Assembly (NCBI GenBank): GCA_963754945.1
Contig: CAVWIG010000052.1
Location: 1 to 28,677 of the forward strand
Source: Methanotrichaceae archaeon
GTDB lineage: Archaea > Halobacteriota > Methanosarcinia > Methanotrichales > Methanotrichaceae
Length of the DNA stretch: 28,677 nt
Direction: 5' to 3'
The translations under genes were made by a program, and so were the position numbers. Position 1 is the first letter of the stretch; the number at the start of each line of letters is the position of its first letter. The notes below the pieces were generated by a model. The model searched no databases. It saw only the letters and a list, made by a program, of their open reading frames with translations, and was not told the origin of the DNA. Positions 17,765-27,171 of this stretch are shown here, piece by piece.

Positions 17765-18313
17765 GTGGAACCAAACGACCAAGAATTTCTCAGAGCTCTT
17801 CACGAGGAGAAGATCAGGACCCAGACCGAGCGGGCAGATTACATCACAAAGAAGCTTGCTTTTGTTACTGTGCTATTCGGGCTCAGTTCTTTCAACTTGG
17901 GCATCACTATTGCAGAGATTTATTGGCTTCTCTATTTCATACCACTGGTGGCGATCTGTTATGATCTCTACATAATGTCCGCAGATTCAAGGATCAAGAG
18001 GATTGGGACATTTCTGGGCAGGCACCCCTGCTCCCTGGCAGGAGAGGCAGAAAAGCAGTGGGAGAAGTTCTGCATATACTACAGGGATGGCCTTGCCCCA
18101 TCTGCCAACATGTTCTTTTCTATAGTAGTCACAATAGCAGCGGCGGTGTTCATAAGCACTCAGCAATCGTCGGGAGACCATGGATTCAAGGTTTTTTTTG
18201 CCGTATGGTTGGTGATCTCCATACTTACGATTGTAGCACTCTGGATCAGACATAGAAATCTAATCCGGAATATAGGCGAATATGGATCAAAAGATTGGGC
18301 AGTACGCCAATAG
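17765..18313 (+). CDS. Hypothetical 4-TM membrane protein
   Basis: GTG start after AGGGGT; four hydrophobic segments. Confidence 0.75.
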   Translation: MEPNDQEFLRALHEEKIRTQTERADYITKKLAFVTVLFGLSSFNLGITIAEIYWLLYFIPLVAICYDLYIMSADSRIKRIGTFLGRHPCSLAGEAEKQWEKFCIYYRDGLAPSANMFFSIVVTIAAAVFISTQQSSGDHGFKVFFAVWLVISILTIVALWIRHRNLIRNIGEYGSKDWAVRQ

Positions 18314-18415
18314 CTTCTTCTGCCATCCAGGATTTTATCAAATATTCATGAATAAGAAACCTTAATTAGAGCGTAAGTCCTATCTCAGCGGATGCGATCC
18401 ACATCCGCGAAGTCA

Positions 18416-18437
18416 ATATTCAAGATTAAACGAATAT
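18416..18437. promoter_or_regulatory. Candidate ArsR/SmtB-type operator upstream of arsM
   Basis: Inverted repeat ATATTC-N10-GAATAT ending 13 nt before the start codon. Confidence 0.5.
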
Positions 18438-18450
18438 CGGGGCGTTCAAA

Positions 18451-19275
18451 TTGAAGGATAGAGAAATTAAGCGGGCAGTACGGGAGGGCTATGCCCGCAT
18501 TGCCAAGCAGGCAACGTCTTACTACGCTTCCCGCAGATGCTGTGGAACTGACGTTCACGATGATCTGGGCAAGAGGATCGGGTACACCGACGAGGAGCTT
18601 ATGGCAGCCCCTCCAGAGTCCAACCTGGGTTTAGGCTGCGGAAATCCTGTTGCTTTGGCGTCGATAAAAGAGGGCGAAACGGTCCTAGACCTGGGATCAG
18701 GGGCGGGTTTTGACTGCTTCTTGGCATCTCACAGGGTTGGCCCTAAGGGCAATGTAATAGGTGTGGACATGACCTCGGAGATGGTGGAAAAGGCCAGGGC
18801 CAATGCCAGGAAGGGCAACTATACTAATATTGACTTCCGGCAGGGCGAGCTCGAGAACATGCCCGTTGCAGACAACTATATCGACGTGGTCATCTCAAAC
18901 TGCGTCATAAACCTGGTCCCTGAAAAAAGACGGGTATTCAAGGAGGCTTTCAGGGTTCTGAAGCCCGGAGGCAGGCTCGCCGTCTCAGACATAGTGCTGC
19001 TGAAAGAGCTTCCCGATTTCGTGAAAACGTCGACAGAGGCGTACATCGGCTGCCTGGCGGGAGCCATAATGAAGGACAGCTACATCGAGGCTATTAGATC
19101 CGCCGGGTTCCAGAATATTCTGATGGCAGATGAATCGTCTTTCCCGATAGAGTGCCTGATCTTCGATGGAGTCGGACCAGGATTCATCGATATGCCCAAG
19201 ACGTCTCCCGAGCAGCTTAAAGAGGTTGAAGAATCCATCGCAAGCATAAAAGTGGTGGCCGTAAAGCCATCGTGA
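18451..19275 (+). CDS. arsM: Arsenite S-adenosylmethionine methyltransferase
   Basis: N-terminal CC pair, NLGLGCGNP, VLDLGSGAGFDCF, ISNCVINL and IGCLAGA (the conserved ArsM cysteines); TTG start. Confidence 0.93.
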   Translation: MKDREIKRAVREGYARIAKQATSYYASRRCCGTDVHDDLGKRIGYTDEELMAAPPESNLGLGCGNPVALASIKEGETVLDLGSGAGFDCFLASHRVGPKGNVIGVDMTSEMVEKARANARKGNYTNIDFRQGELENMPVADNYIDVVISNCVINLVPEKRRVFKEAFRVLKPGGRLAVSDIVLLKELPDFVKTSTEAYIGCLAGAIMKDSYIEAIRSAGFQNILMADESSFPIECLIFDGVGPGFIDMPKTSPEQLKEVEESIASIKVVAVKPS

Positions 19276-19614
19276 GCAGATCCCCAATAGTTCAGATTTC
19301 ATTAGGAAATATGGAGTAGTTCTGTCTTTTGATTCTGCGAAGTGTGACACTGACAGTCTAGGTCAAGGTTCATCCAGGTACTCACTAGGATTATCCTATT
19401 TTGTTTCTCCATGTTCTCTTTTAATCTTCCAAATATTTCTTAACGAAGAAGCTCATCATGCTTCACGACCAGAGTTGATTTTCATGGAACATGTCTAGAA
19501 AAATTCAAATAGTAATCGAACACTAAACTGATTGGAAAGAATTAGTCTCTTGTCCGATCGTTAAATGAGCAAAGGCGTTTGAAACCATTTGATTATACTA
19601 TTTGGAGGGAGAAA

Positions 19615-19725
19615 ATGGCTGGATCTGACCAATCGGAAGTTATGAAGAATCCCGGAGCGATGGAGTATCACGAGACGTGGTTGGGGCTATCCACAATCGA
19701 TCTTAGCAGAGGGCATGAATTATGA
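19615..19725 (+). CDS. 36-aa ORF duplicating the N-terminus of the downstream RDD protein
   Basis: MAGSDQSEVMKNPGAMEYHETWLGLSTIDLSRGHEL; GGAGGGA RBS; ATGA overlap with 19722. Confidence 0.55.
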   Translation: MAGSDQSEVMKNPGAMEYHETWLGLSTIDLSRGHEL

Positions 19726-20165
19726 CCGAGGCCGATCAATCAGAAATAATTAACGCAGCAGTCAATATGCAGTATCAAGGTATCTGGATAAGGTTTATTT
19801 CATTCCTGATAGATACCATAGTTCTGGGAGTATTGATAGGTGTCGTTGGCTCCATATTGGGTTTTAGCGTTGTCTCTCGAACGGCTGGTTGGGGCTTTGG
19901 CCTGTTATCTTTTATCATATTTCTGGCTTATTTTACTTATTTGGAGGGATCAAAAGGTCAGACTATCGGCAAGATGGTAACCAAGATTAAAGTGGTCGGG
20001 GAGGATGGTGAAATGATCAATATGAACCAGGCTTTCACGCGTAACATACTCCGCGTAATCGATGGCCTATTAGCTTATTTAATAGGTGCTATCTTAATCT
20101 GGAGATCCGATAAGAAACAGCGCCTCGGTGATCGAATTGCCAAGACGGTAGTTATAAAGGCATGA
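19722..20165 (+). CDS. RDD family membrane protein
   Basis: WIRFISFLID, EGSKGQTIGKMVTKIKVV, RNILRVID and KQRLGDRIAKTVV motifs. Confidence 0.93.
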   Translation: MTEADQSEIINAAVNMQYQGIWIRFISFLIDTIVLGVLIGVVGSILGFSVVSRTAGWGFGLLSFIIFLAYFTYLEGSKGQTIGKMVTKIKVVGEDGEMINMNQAFTRNILRVIDGLLAYLIGAILIWRSDKKQRLGDRIAKTVVIKA

Positions 20166-20223
20166 TCCTCAATTTGTTCGAATTTCTGGAAATTGATTTG
20201 GTTCAACATGATTGCCTTTGTCC

Positions 20224-20360
20224 AGAAGAGCTGCCCTTTTCATCCTCCAGGGATTTGATCTCAGAAGCGTTCAAGACATACTACGCCATCGCGACCTCCA
20301 TACGACCCTTCGATATACCTGTAACAAGAGAGAAAGCATAACCAATATCTTACACTCTAG
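20224..20360 (+). pseudogene. C-terminal fragment of a tyrosine recombinase/integrase
   Basis: Translates to RRAALFILQGFDLRSVQDILRHRDLHTTLRYT (box II region with catalytic His and Tyr), then KHNQYLTL-stop in a shifted frame. Not in the ORF track. Confidence 0.8.
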
Positions 20361-20435
20361 CTTTTTATTCATTTCCAATCCCATCGTCTGAGTTAGACAG
20401 ATTATTTAAGATATGAGAATAAAAAACTTAAAACC

Positions 20436-21281
20436 ATGGGAAAAACGATTGAGAACGACACCTCTAGGGAAATAGAAGAACTTGTAGCTTCAATGAAGAG
20501 TTTAGGGGGCATAGAAGATGCATCTAATTGGTTTTTAAATCTAATTCCAGATGAGATCTCATCAATACCTTCTTTTATTGATCCCAGCGGTACAATATCT
20601 ATGGTATTGTCCGTCTTAAATGCTGTAAAATTGAAAAGAGAACTTAATAATATCAAATATGCGGTAGCATATGCGATAGTTCACATCCGAAAATGTAATA
20701 AAGTACTTGATCCTCGCAATGAAGAGGAACTAACACTCTCAAATATGTATTTTGAACGCTGCAAGGAAACATATCAAATCAATAAGATAAAAGTCTACAG
20801 CAACGTCTGGATAAATGGGCTATTGGAAGAGAATCTTAATCTAGACGAAGCTGCTTACGTATTCGATTTGATCGCAACGCTGACATGGGAACAGCTACTC
20901 GTGCTCAAAGTGATCTACGATCGGGATACTGCTTCTCGAAACTCTACAATAAATAGTGAAGTCAAGAAAACCGACATGGTGGATTATGTTGCTAAGGAAT
21001 TAAATATTGAAAGCTCGTTTGCACAACAATTATGCATCAGCCTAGAAGGTAAAGGGTTACTAGCAGATGCCGGTATTGGTGCATTTGACTATCCCGGGCC
21101 TGTTAATTTTTACATAGGTTCTCTATTTTCATTCTCCACTATTATCTTCCTCATACTTCTTGCCTGTCTCCTTCTCAACTATCTTCCTCATAGATGGGGC
21201 CATAACCAAGAGTTGATCCAGAGTTATCTCCTCCCTGGTCAGGGAAACAGCGTAAGCTCGCGCAGGCTCCACTATCAATAA
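20436..21281 (+). CDS. AT-rich hypothetical protein, probably truncated near 21120 with read-through
   Basis: Markedly AT-rich. The last ~50 codons lie antisense to the gene at 21129-21428. The C-terminal region is wHTH-like (CISLEGKGLL). Confidence 0.65.
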   Translation: MGKTIENDTSREIEELVASMKSLGGIEDASNWFLNLIPDEISSIPSFIDPSGTISMVLSVLNAVKLKRELNNIKYAVAYAIVHIRKCNKVLDPRNEEELTLSNMYFERCKETYQINKIKVYSNVWINGLLEENLNLDEAAYVFDLIATLTWEQLLVLKVIYDRDTASRNSTINSEVKKTDMVDYVAKELNIESSFAQQLCISLEGKGLLADAGIGAFDYPGPVNFYIGSLFSFSTIIFLILLACLLLNYLPHRWGHNQELIQSYLLPGQGNSVSSRRLHYQ

Positions 21282-21428
21282 GGCCTCTGGAGATACCGAG
21301 CATCCCATGATGCATCCGCACCCTTTCAAGGCCGATATCTTGGCTACTGGGTAGATGTCTCTTTGATCTATCTCGATAGGATCTCCGACCGAGATCCAGG
21401 CGATTTTGGAGCTAAACCCCGTTTCCAT
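21129..21428 (-). CDS. YtfJ/GerW-like small protein
   Basis: VGDPIEIDQRDIYPVAKIS...SVSPEALLIV resembles the YtfJ pattern; same operon as the ytfJ gene. Confidence 0.65.
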   Translation of the reverse strand: METGFSSKIAWISVGDPIEIDQRDIYPVAKISALKGCGCIMGCSVSPEALLIVEPARAYAVSLTREEITLDQLLVMAPSMRKIVEKETGKKYEEDNSGE

Positions 21429-22131
21429 TGCCTTTTCCCTTGGGACTCCAGAGATGCCACCTCATTTGTGGTTTATTTCCTAAACCCCTAAATCCCTTCC
21501 AATTCATTTCTTTCAACAGCCTTCTAATTGGTTTTTCTCTCAGGGCGCCGATGAAGGCCACAAATACCCAAAAGAGCCTGCCCCAGATCTCTACATTCAC
21601 AGATCCATTAAACCTATCTCCTCCAAAATACGGATCGATGCGGATAGTGGCTGGTGCCGAGACAAAAGAAGCCATTGACCAAAGATAGCCACAAAGCACC
21701 GCAGTGTTCGCAGGATCGTCTAACCCTACGGTGATATCGAGCAAGAGACGTTCGATGTGGATGGTTCTCATCAAACCCTTTAAGACACGGATAAAAGAAG
21801 GCAGAGCATCTAAGAACATGCGCGGATCCTTGAGGAACCGACGATCCAAGTTCGATTTCTTTGCTGCAATGTCGTTTTCTTTGCCATCTTTTCCCCCAGA
21901 TTCCCTTCCACCCCTCCTCTCCTTTTTATCTACCAATATCTTTCTACCTTCATCCTCTCCCGGCCCGGCCAGCTCTACTCTCCGTAATGTCAATCCAAAC
22001 CATTTAATTTTGTAGAAACCTGTGACTGAAAAACCATCTATTTTGAGATCTGAACATAGATGGAAAGGCACAAGAATGAAGGCCGCAATTGCAAGCAAAA
22101 ATATGAGCGGTACCAGGAGAAGATACATCAT
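21412..22131 (-). CDS. DUF2953 (YtfI-like) membrane-anchored protein
   Basis: N-terminal TM helix; VGLDDPANTAVLCGYLW...IDPYF motif. Confidence 0.82.
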   Translation of the reverse strand: MMYLLLVPLIFLLAIAAFILVPFHLCSDLKIDGFSVTGFYKIKWFGLTLRRVELAGPGEDEGRKILVDKKERRGGRESGGKDGKENDIAAKKSNLDRRFLKDPRMFLDALPSFIRVLKGLMRTIHIERLLLDITVGLDDPANTAVLCGYLWSMASFVSAPATIRIDPYFGGDRFNGSVNVEIWGRLFWVFVAFIGALREKPIRRLLKEMNWKGFRGLGNKPQMRWHLWSPKGKGNGNGV

Positions 22132-22139
22132 GGCATGTC

Positions 22140-22553
22140 CTACTTCACTTCAACCGCTGTTGCTTGTGGGTTATCGTGCTTCTTTTCGCTGGACTCCTTC
22201 TTCGCGCTGAACCATTCAATGATCGCTGACGCTACCTCGCCGAGGGATTCCGACATGACACTGGGTGTTCCCAGAGGTACTACTTTGACGCCTTCGGGAC
22301 CCGAAACACCCTTGAAGACTATTACAACAGCTACAGGAAAAACGCCTATACCTCCTCCTGCACCACCGGATGTCCCTTCTGCATTCTTGTTGTTCCCACA
22401 CTGGCTCGATCCGGTTCCAAATCCCATGCCCATCTTTGTTATTGGAAGGACTATCTTGTCCTCCATCTCAATGGGCTCTCCTGTTATGTTTTTTGCCGAC
22501 AGAACCTTCTGAAGTTCGTCGATAGTTGTCTTGATAGTGTCTTCAACAGCCAT
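22140..22553 (-). CDS. ytfJ: YtfJ/GerW family protein
   Basis: ITGEPIEMEDKIVLPITKMGMGFGTG...GGAGGGIGVFPVAVVIV; ATG 22553 after AAGGAG. Confidence 0.87.
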   Translation of the reverse strand: MAVEDTIKTTIDELQKVLSAKNITGEPIEMEDKIVLPITKMGMGFGTGSSQCGNNKNAEGTSGGAGGGIGVFPVAVVIVFKGVSGPEGVKVVPLGTPSVMSESLGEVASAIIEWFSAKKESSEKKHDNPQATAVEVK

Positions 22554-22712
22554 AAATATCTCCTTGAATAAGTATATGCCCAATTGTATTTACACCTTTC
22601 TACTTCGCTAGTACAAATTAAATATAGAGATTAAGCCAAAATAAAATCCCAAAAATATGGCAACCGGGACCACCGACAAAAAGTAATACTTTACTGCACA
22701 TCTATTGGTGGA

Positions 22713-23900
22713 ATGCTTAATAATGATCCTGCCCAAAAGACAGAGGACAGCTCAAAGTCCAATATACAACTCTTGGGGCTGGTGAGCCTCCTTAACGACA
22801 TCAGCAGCGAGATCATTCAGCCTATCCTGCCCCTCTTTATCATTTACCTGGGCGGCGGAGGAGTAGCTATAGGCCTCATCGGAGGTTTGAGCGACGGTAT
22901 TCCAAGCATCCTTCAAGTATTCTCCGGCTACTGGGCTGACAGGCTGGGGAGACGCAAACCTCTGGTAATGGCAGGCTATGGCCTGTCTGCGCTCTCGAAG
23001 CTGTTCTTCCCTCTGTCCGCCATCTGGCAGCACGTATTCATCCTGAGGATCTTCGAGCGCAGCGGCAAAGGCATCAGGTCAGCTCCCAGGGATGCAATAA
23101 TCGCCGATTCTGCCACTCTGGAGAATCGAGGACGAGGGTTCGGGATTCTAAGGGCAATGGACACGACCGGGGCAGTGATCGGGTCGACTCTGGCATACCT
23201 TCTGTGGAAAGCGGGCCTTGACTTCAGAATGATATTAGTGATCGCGGCACTGGTAGCCGTGTTGTCTTTTGTACCTCTTATCAGGGTGAAGGACGTTGTA
23301 AGGGCTCCCAATGATCATAATAAGCTGAGGCTTTCGTCTCTATCGCCGGACCTCAACAGATTTATGATAATAGCTTCGCTTTTCGCCCTGGCCAACTTCA
23401 GCTACATGTTCTTCATCCTGAGGGCACAGCAGTTCTTCAGCGGTACACTGGCGATCGGTGCGCCTCTGCTGCTCTACATACTTTTCAACATAGTCTACGC
23501 TGGCTTGGCCATCCCCAGTGGAGTTATCTCCGACCGAATAGGCAGGAAGAACGTGCTGACCTTGGGCTATGCGCTCTTTGCTCTTGTGGCTCTGGGCTTT
23601 GCTTATGTCTCATCGACTGCAGGCCTGGTCATTCTCTTCATGCTTTACGGATCGGTTTTTGCCATAGTGGATGGAGCCCAGAGCGCCTTTGTCTCCGACC
23701 TCAGCCATTCTCAGTCGCGGAGCACATCTCTCGGGCTCTACTACGGTTCTGTCGGAATTGCATCCATAATTTCAGGTGCTATAGCCGGGGAGCTGTGGCA
23801 GAGCAGTGGTGCTGAGGCGACCTTCCTCTTCGGTGCCGTTGGGGCAGCGATAGCTGCTCTTGCGCTACTAAGGATGAGGAAGATCGAAGCGATAGCATGA
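22713..23900 (+). CDS. Major facilitator superfamily transporter
   Basis: SLLNDISSE, GYWADRLGRRKP, GKGIRSAPRDAIIAD and SDRIGRK motifs; about 12 TM segments. Confidence 0.93.
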   Translation: MLNNDPAQKTEDSSKSNIQLLGLVSLLNDISSEIIQPILPLFIIYLGGGGVAIGLIGGLSDGIPSILQVFSGYWADRLGRRKPLVMAGYGLSALSKLFFPLSAIWQHVFILRIFERSGKGIRSAPRDAIIADSATLENRGRGFGILRAMDTTGAVIGSTLAYLLWKAGLDFRMILVIAALVAVLSFVPLIRVKDVVRAPNDHNKLRLSSLSPDLNRFMIIASLFALANFSYMFFILRAQQFFSGTLAIGAPLLLYILFNIVYAGLAIPSGVISDRIGRKNVLTLGYALFALVALGFAYVSSTAGLVILFMLYGSVFAIVDGAQSAFVSDLSHSQSRSTSLGLYYGSVGIASIISGAIAGELWQSSGAEATFLFGAVGAAIAALALLRMRKIEAIA

Positions 23901-23919
23901 TTTGTAGGAACAAATATCG

Positions 23920-24240
23920 ATGGCTAACGGAGTCCAAATGATCTGCCAAAGATGCGGTTGCTGCTGTGTTTACCTGGACGTGGCCATCGTTAATCCAGCA
24001 CCCATCCGGCGGGATGGAACTGTTGATCCGGAAGACAGCAATTCGGTCATGTTCAAGCTAAAAGGCCAGCCTTGCCCGTATCTGATCTACCTGGAAGGCA
24101 AGGCCGTGTGCAAAATTCATGAACTTCCCATATACCGAGGAACTCCATGCGAGCAGTTTGAGCAACTGGGAAGAGAAGACGACGTCTGCATGATGAGCTC
24201 TTATTTTCAATTAGTCCAGGGGCATCCTTCTCCCAAATAG
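23920..24240 (+). CDS. YkgJ-like CxxCxxCC cysteine-cluster protein
   Basis: CQRCGCCC...CPYL...CKIHE...PC. Confidence 0.8.
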   Translation: MANGVQMICQRCGCCCVYLDVAIVNPAPIRRDGTVDPEDSNSVMFKLKGQPCPYLIYLEGKAVCKIHELPIYRGTPCEQFEQLGREDDVCMMSSYFQLVQGHPSPK

Positions 24241-24318
24241 TTCCCAATAAAACCACATTAGCTACCGGTGGCTCTCATTACAGTCGAAGTACAAAGAGAT
24301 ACCAAAGCTAGTTAAAAC

Positions 24319-25302
24319 ATGAGGCTTCCTCTCGAAATAATGGCTGACCTTTCAAAGCCCAAATACCTCATCTTCGGCGCTGGCGCTCTGGGCAGCGTCT
24401 TCGGGGGCCTCCTCCAGGAGAGCGGCTGCGACGTGACTTACGTAGGCCGAGGCGAGCACTTCAAGGCCGTCCAGGAGAAGGGGCTAAAGATAAAGGGCAT
24501 CTGGGGAGAGCATTACGTTCCCGCATCCGAGATAAATGGGTTCTCAGATCCCACCAAGATCGGAGGAAAGTTCTCAGTAATTCTGCTGTGCGTTAAATCT
24601 ATGCAAACTGATGATGCGGCCGGTCAGGCCGCACAACTATTGGAAGACAATGGAATCATGGTTTCTATCCAGAACGGGCTCAACAACTGGGAGACAATAG
24701 CAAATCACGTCGGCGAGAACAGGACTGTGGGGGCGCGCGTGATATTCGGGGCAGAGATCCCTGAGCCGGGCGTGGCCAAGGTTACGGTTATAGCTGACAA
24801 AGTGCTGCTGGGAGAAGCGTTTGGACCTGTGAATAGATCGCTGTTGGAAGCCGTGAACAGGGACCTCAACAGGGCAGGCATTCCAACTGGGGTCGTGTCT
24901 TCTAAGGAGATACGATCAGCATTATGGGCGAAGGTGCTGTACAACTGCGCCCTTAATCCACTGAGCGCTATCCTTGAGGTACCGTATGGAGAATTGGGCC
25001 AGAGTCCGGAAACGCGGGAGATCATGAGTAAAGTGCTCGGAGAGATCTTCCAGGTGATGGAGATGAAAGAGGTCGGAGTCCCCTTCAAGGACTCCGCTGA
25101 TTACTACCGTTTCTTCATGGAGAAGCAGCTTCCACCTACGTCCGACCACCATTCGAGTATGCTACAGGATATCTCAAGAAGAAGGCAGACGGAGATAGAT
25201 GCCCTGAACGGAGCCATATTGCAGTACGCCAAGGAGCTTGGCATAGAGACTCCCTACAACGACTTTCTTACAGCGCTGATCAGATTCAAGCAGCAGCGCT
25301 GA
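24319..25302 (+). CDS. panE: 2-dehydropantoate 2-reductase (ketopantoate reductase)
   Basis: GAGALG, CVKS, SIQNG, WAKVLYNCALNPLSA and SSMLQD...TEIDALNG motifs; alternative start at 24340. Confidence 0.93.
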   Translation: MRLPLEIMADLSKPKYLIFGAGALGSVFGGLLQESGCDVTYVGRGEHFKAVQEKGLKIKGIWGEHYVPASEINGFSDPTKIGGKFSVILLCVKSMQTDDAAGQAAQLLEDNGIMVSIQNGLNNWETIANHVGENRTVGARVIFGAEIPEPGVAKVTVIADKVLLGEAFGPVNRSLLEAVNRDLNRAGIPTGVVSSKEIRSALWAKVLYNCALNPLSAILEVPYGELGQSPETREIMSKVLGEIFQVMEMKEVGVPFKDSADYYRFFMEKQLPPTSDHHSSMLQDISRRRQTEIDALNGAILQYAKELGIETPYNDFLTALIRFKQQR

Positions 25303-25579
25303 TCTTGAACTAAGTTCCGCGGACAATTGCGCTCTTTGTTAAATCTAGGCAGTCTTAGCAGTCTAGGCGGGCAGCTTCTGAACATTTGGCTTTTCAAATC
25401 AAAGCGAGATTGTAGGGTTCTGATTCGAATTTTGGCCCCTGATATCGCATTGGTCGATCCTTGCCTGGCTGAACTGGCCACAAAAACTACAAAAAAAAAT
25501 CGATTTGACGAACCCACATCAACTAACAGATGAAGAAAATAGTTATAGCCGATGGAGTACAAGATCTAAATGAGGCAAA

Positions 25580-26191
25580 TTGATGCTTAAAATTACCCCG
25601 TATCTCGGGATAATAGTGATAATTATCTCCCTTGGAGGAATATTCTACCCAAAGCTAGGGTACTTCTTGCTGCTGGTCTTTGCGAGCCTGATGATCATTT
25701 CTCCCTTCAGAGGCAGGTGGTTTTGCGGCAACCTCTGCCCTCGGGGAAGCTTTGTCGACTTCTGGCTCGGCCCGATAAGCCGTAAGGTCAGAATTCCATC
25801 GATCTTAAGAAGCATGTGGATCAGGGTACCAATCTTCATCGGCCTGATGGGATTCATGATCTTTCGGATCATCGGCACAAGCGGAATTGTGGATAAGGTC
25901 GGGATGGTCTTTGTGACCATCTGCATACTTACGACCTCGGTTGCGATTCTCTTCGGCGTAGCTATAGCTCCTCGTGCCTGGTGCTCCTTCTGCCCCATGG
26001 GCACTCTTCAGAGAACTCTTGGAGGAAAAAAGTTCCAGCTTAAAGTTGACAGGGAAAAGTGCATAGATTGCGGTAAATGCCAGAAGGTCTGCCCCATGCA
26101 GCTTCCTGTAAACGAGATCCTGGAGAAGCCAGATTGTATAAAATGCGCCCGATGCGTTGAGGCATGTCCAAAGGAGGCGCTTAGCTTCTGA
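25580..26191 (+). CDS. Membrane 4Fe-4S binding protein (NapH/MauN-like)
   Basis: Two CxxxCP motifs next to TM helices and two CxxCxxCxxxCP motifs. Confidence 0.9.
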   Translation: MMLKITPYLGIIVIIISLGGIFYPKLGYFLLLVFASLMIISPFRGRWFCGNLCPRGSFVDFWLGPISRKVRIPSILRSMWIRVPIFIGLMGFMIFRIIGTSGIVDKVGMVFVTICILTTSVAILFGVAIAPRAWCSFCPMGTLQRTLGGKKFQLKVDREKCIDCGKCQKVCPMQLPVNEILEKPDCIKCARCVEACPKEALSF

Positions 26192-26211
26192 GCGCCGACA
26201 TTCAATGCCGT

Positions 26212-27171
26212 CTAACTCTTTGATCCTGCCAGAACAAGGTATGCCAGGAGGGCCTCCAACTGAATCCTCTCGTTGGCACCCTCCGTCATCCTGAAGTCTA
26301 TCTCTCCTATCCTATCAATGAGCCTGACCTTATCGACATTGGAGATGTCCATGATGAGCATCGCCCGGTGAAGCTGGACCACCACGTCCTGGCCTGACAG
26401 GCCTTTGGAAAGAAGGAGGTCGTCAAGCTTTCCCCTGGCAGCCACGAAATCCCCGCATATGGCGGTCTTTATCAGCTCCTTAATCTCTTCGGGCTTAGCC
26501 GTTGAGGTTATCAGGTAGATTGTGTCCTCATCCACCTTGTCGCCCAGGAGCGCAGCTGCCTGCAAAGCATTTATGGCCTTGCGCATGTCGCCGCTTGCCA
26601 CGTACTCTATTGCATCCATTCCCTCTTTGGTGACTTCCAGCTTCTCCATCTCTGCAATGTGACCGATTCTCTTGGTTACAGCTTCCTTGGATAGCGGCTT
26701 GAACCGGTAGACGGCGCAGCGGGACTGGATCGGCTCGATTATCTTGGAGGAGTAGTTGCAGGAGAGAATGAACCTGGTGGTGGCGCTGTACCGTTCCATA
26801 GTCCTGCGGAGAGCTGACTGGGCATCGTTGGTCAGGGCATCGGCCTCGTCCAGGAATATGACCTTAAAATCTGCCACACCAAGTGGAGCCATTCGGGCGA
26901 AGTCCTTGACCTTGTGCCTGATAATATCTATTCCGCGCTCGTCGGAAGCGTTCAGCTCAATGAAATTGTTCCTCCAGGTCTCGCCGTAGATCTCCTTGAC
27001 GATGGATATGGCCGCGGCTGTCTTGCCAACGCCGGGCGGCCCTGAGAAGAGCAGATGAGGCAGGTTCTTGGTCTTGACGTAGGAATTAAGGCGCTTGATT
27101 ATATCGTCCTGGCCGACGATGTCGTCTAGCTTCTCAGGCCGGTACTTCTCAATCCAGATCTCCTCTTTGAT
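26212..27171 (-). CDS. rfcS: Replication factor C small subunit, apparent ATC start
   Basis: The frame is open for 93 codons upstream of the track ORF: [12 protein letters not shown]...[15 protein letters not shown]...[13 protein letters not shown] and IQSRC motifs follow. No intein. Confidence 0.95.
   Translation of the reverse strand: MKEEIWIEKYRPEKLDDIVGQDDIIKRLNSYVKTKNLPHLLFSGPPGVGKTAAAISIVKEIYGETWRNNFIELNASDERGIDIIRHKVKDFARMAPLGVADFKVIFLDEADALTNDAQSALRRTMERYSATTRFILSCNYSSKIIEPIQSRCAVYRFKPLSKEAVTKRIGHIAEMEKLEVTKEGMDAIEYVASGDMRKAINALQAAALLGDKVDEDTIYLITSTAKPEEIKELIKTAICGDFVAARGKLDDLLLSKGLSGQDVVVQLHRAMLIMDISNVDKVRLIDRIGEIDFRMTEGANERIQLEALLAYLVLAGSKS

Noticed and set aside
25344-25370. Three imperfect 9-bp tandem units (TCTAGGCAG, TCTTAGCAG, TCTAGGCGG)
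   Set aside because: Short and degenerate, with no spacers; not a CRISPR array or convincing iterons.
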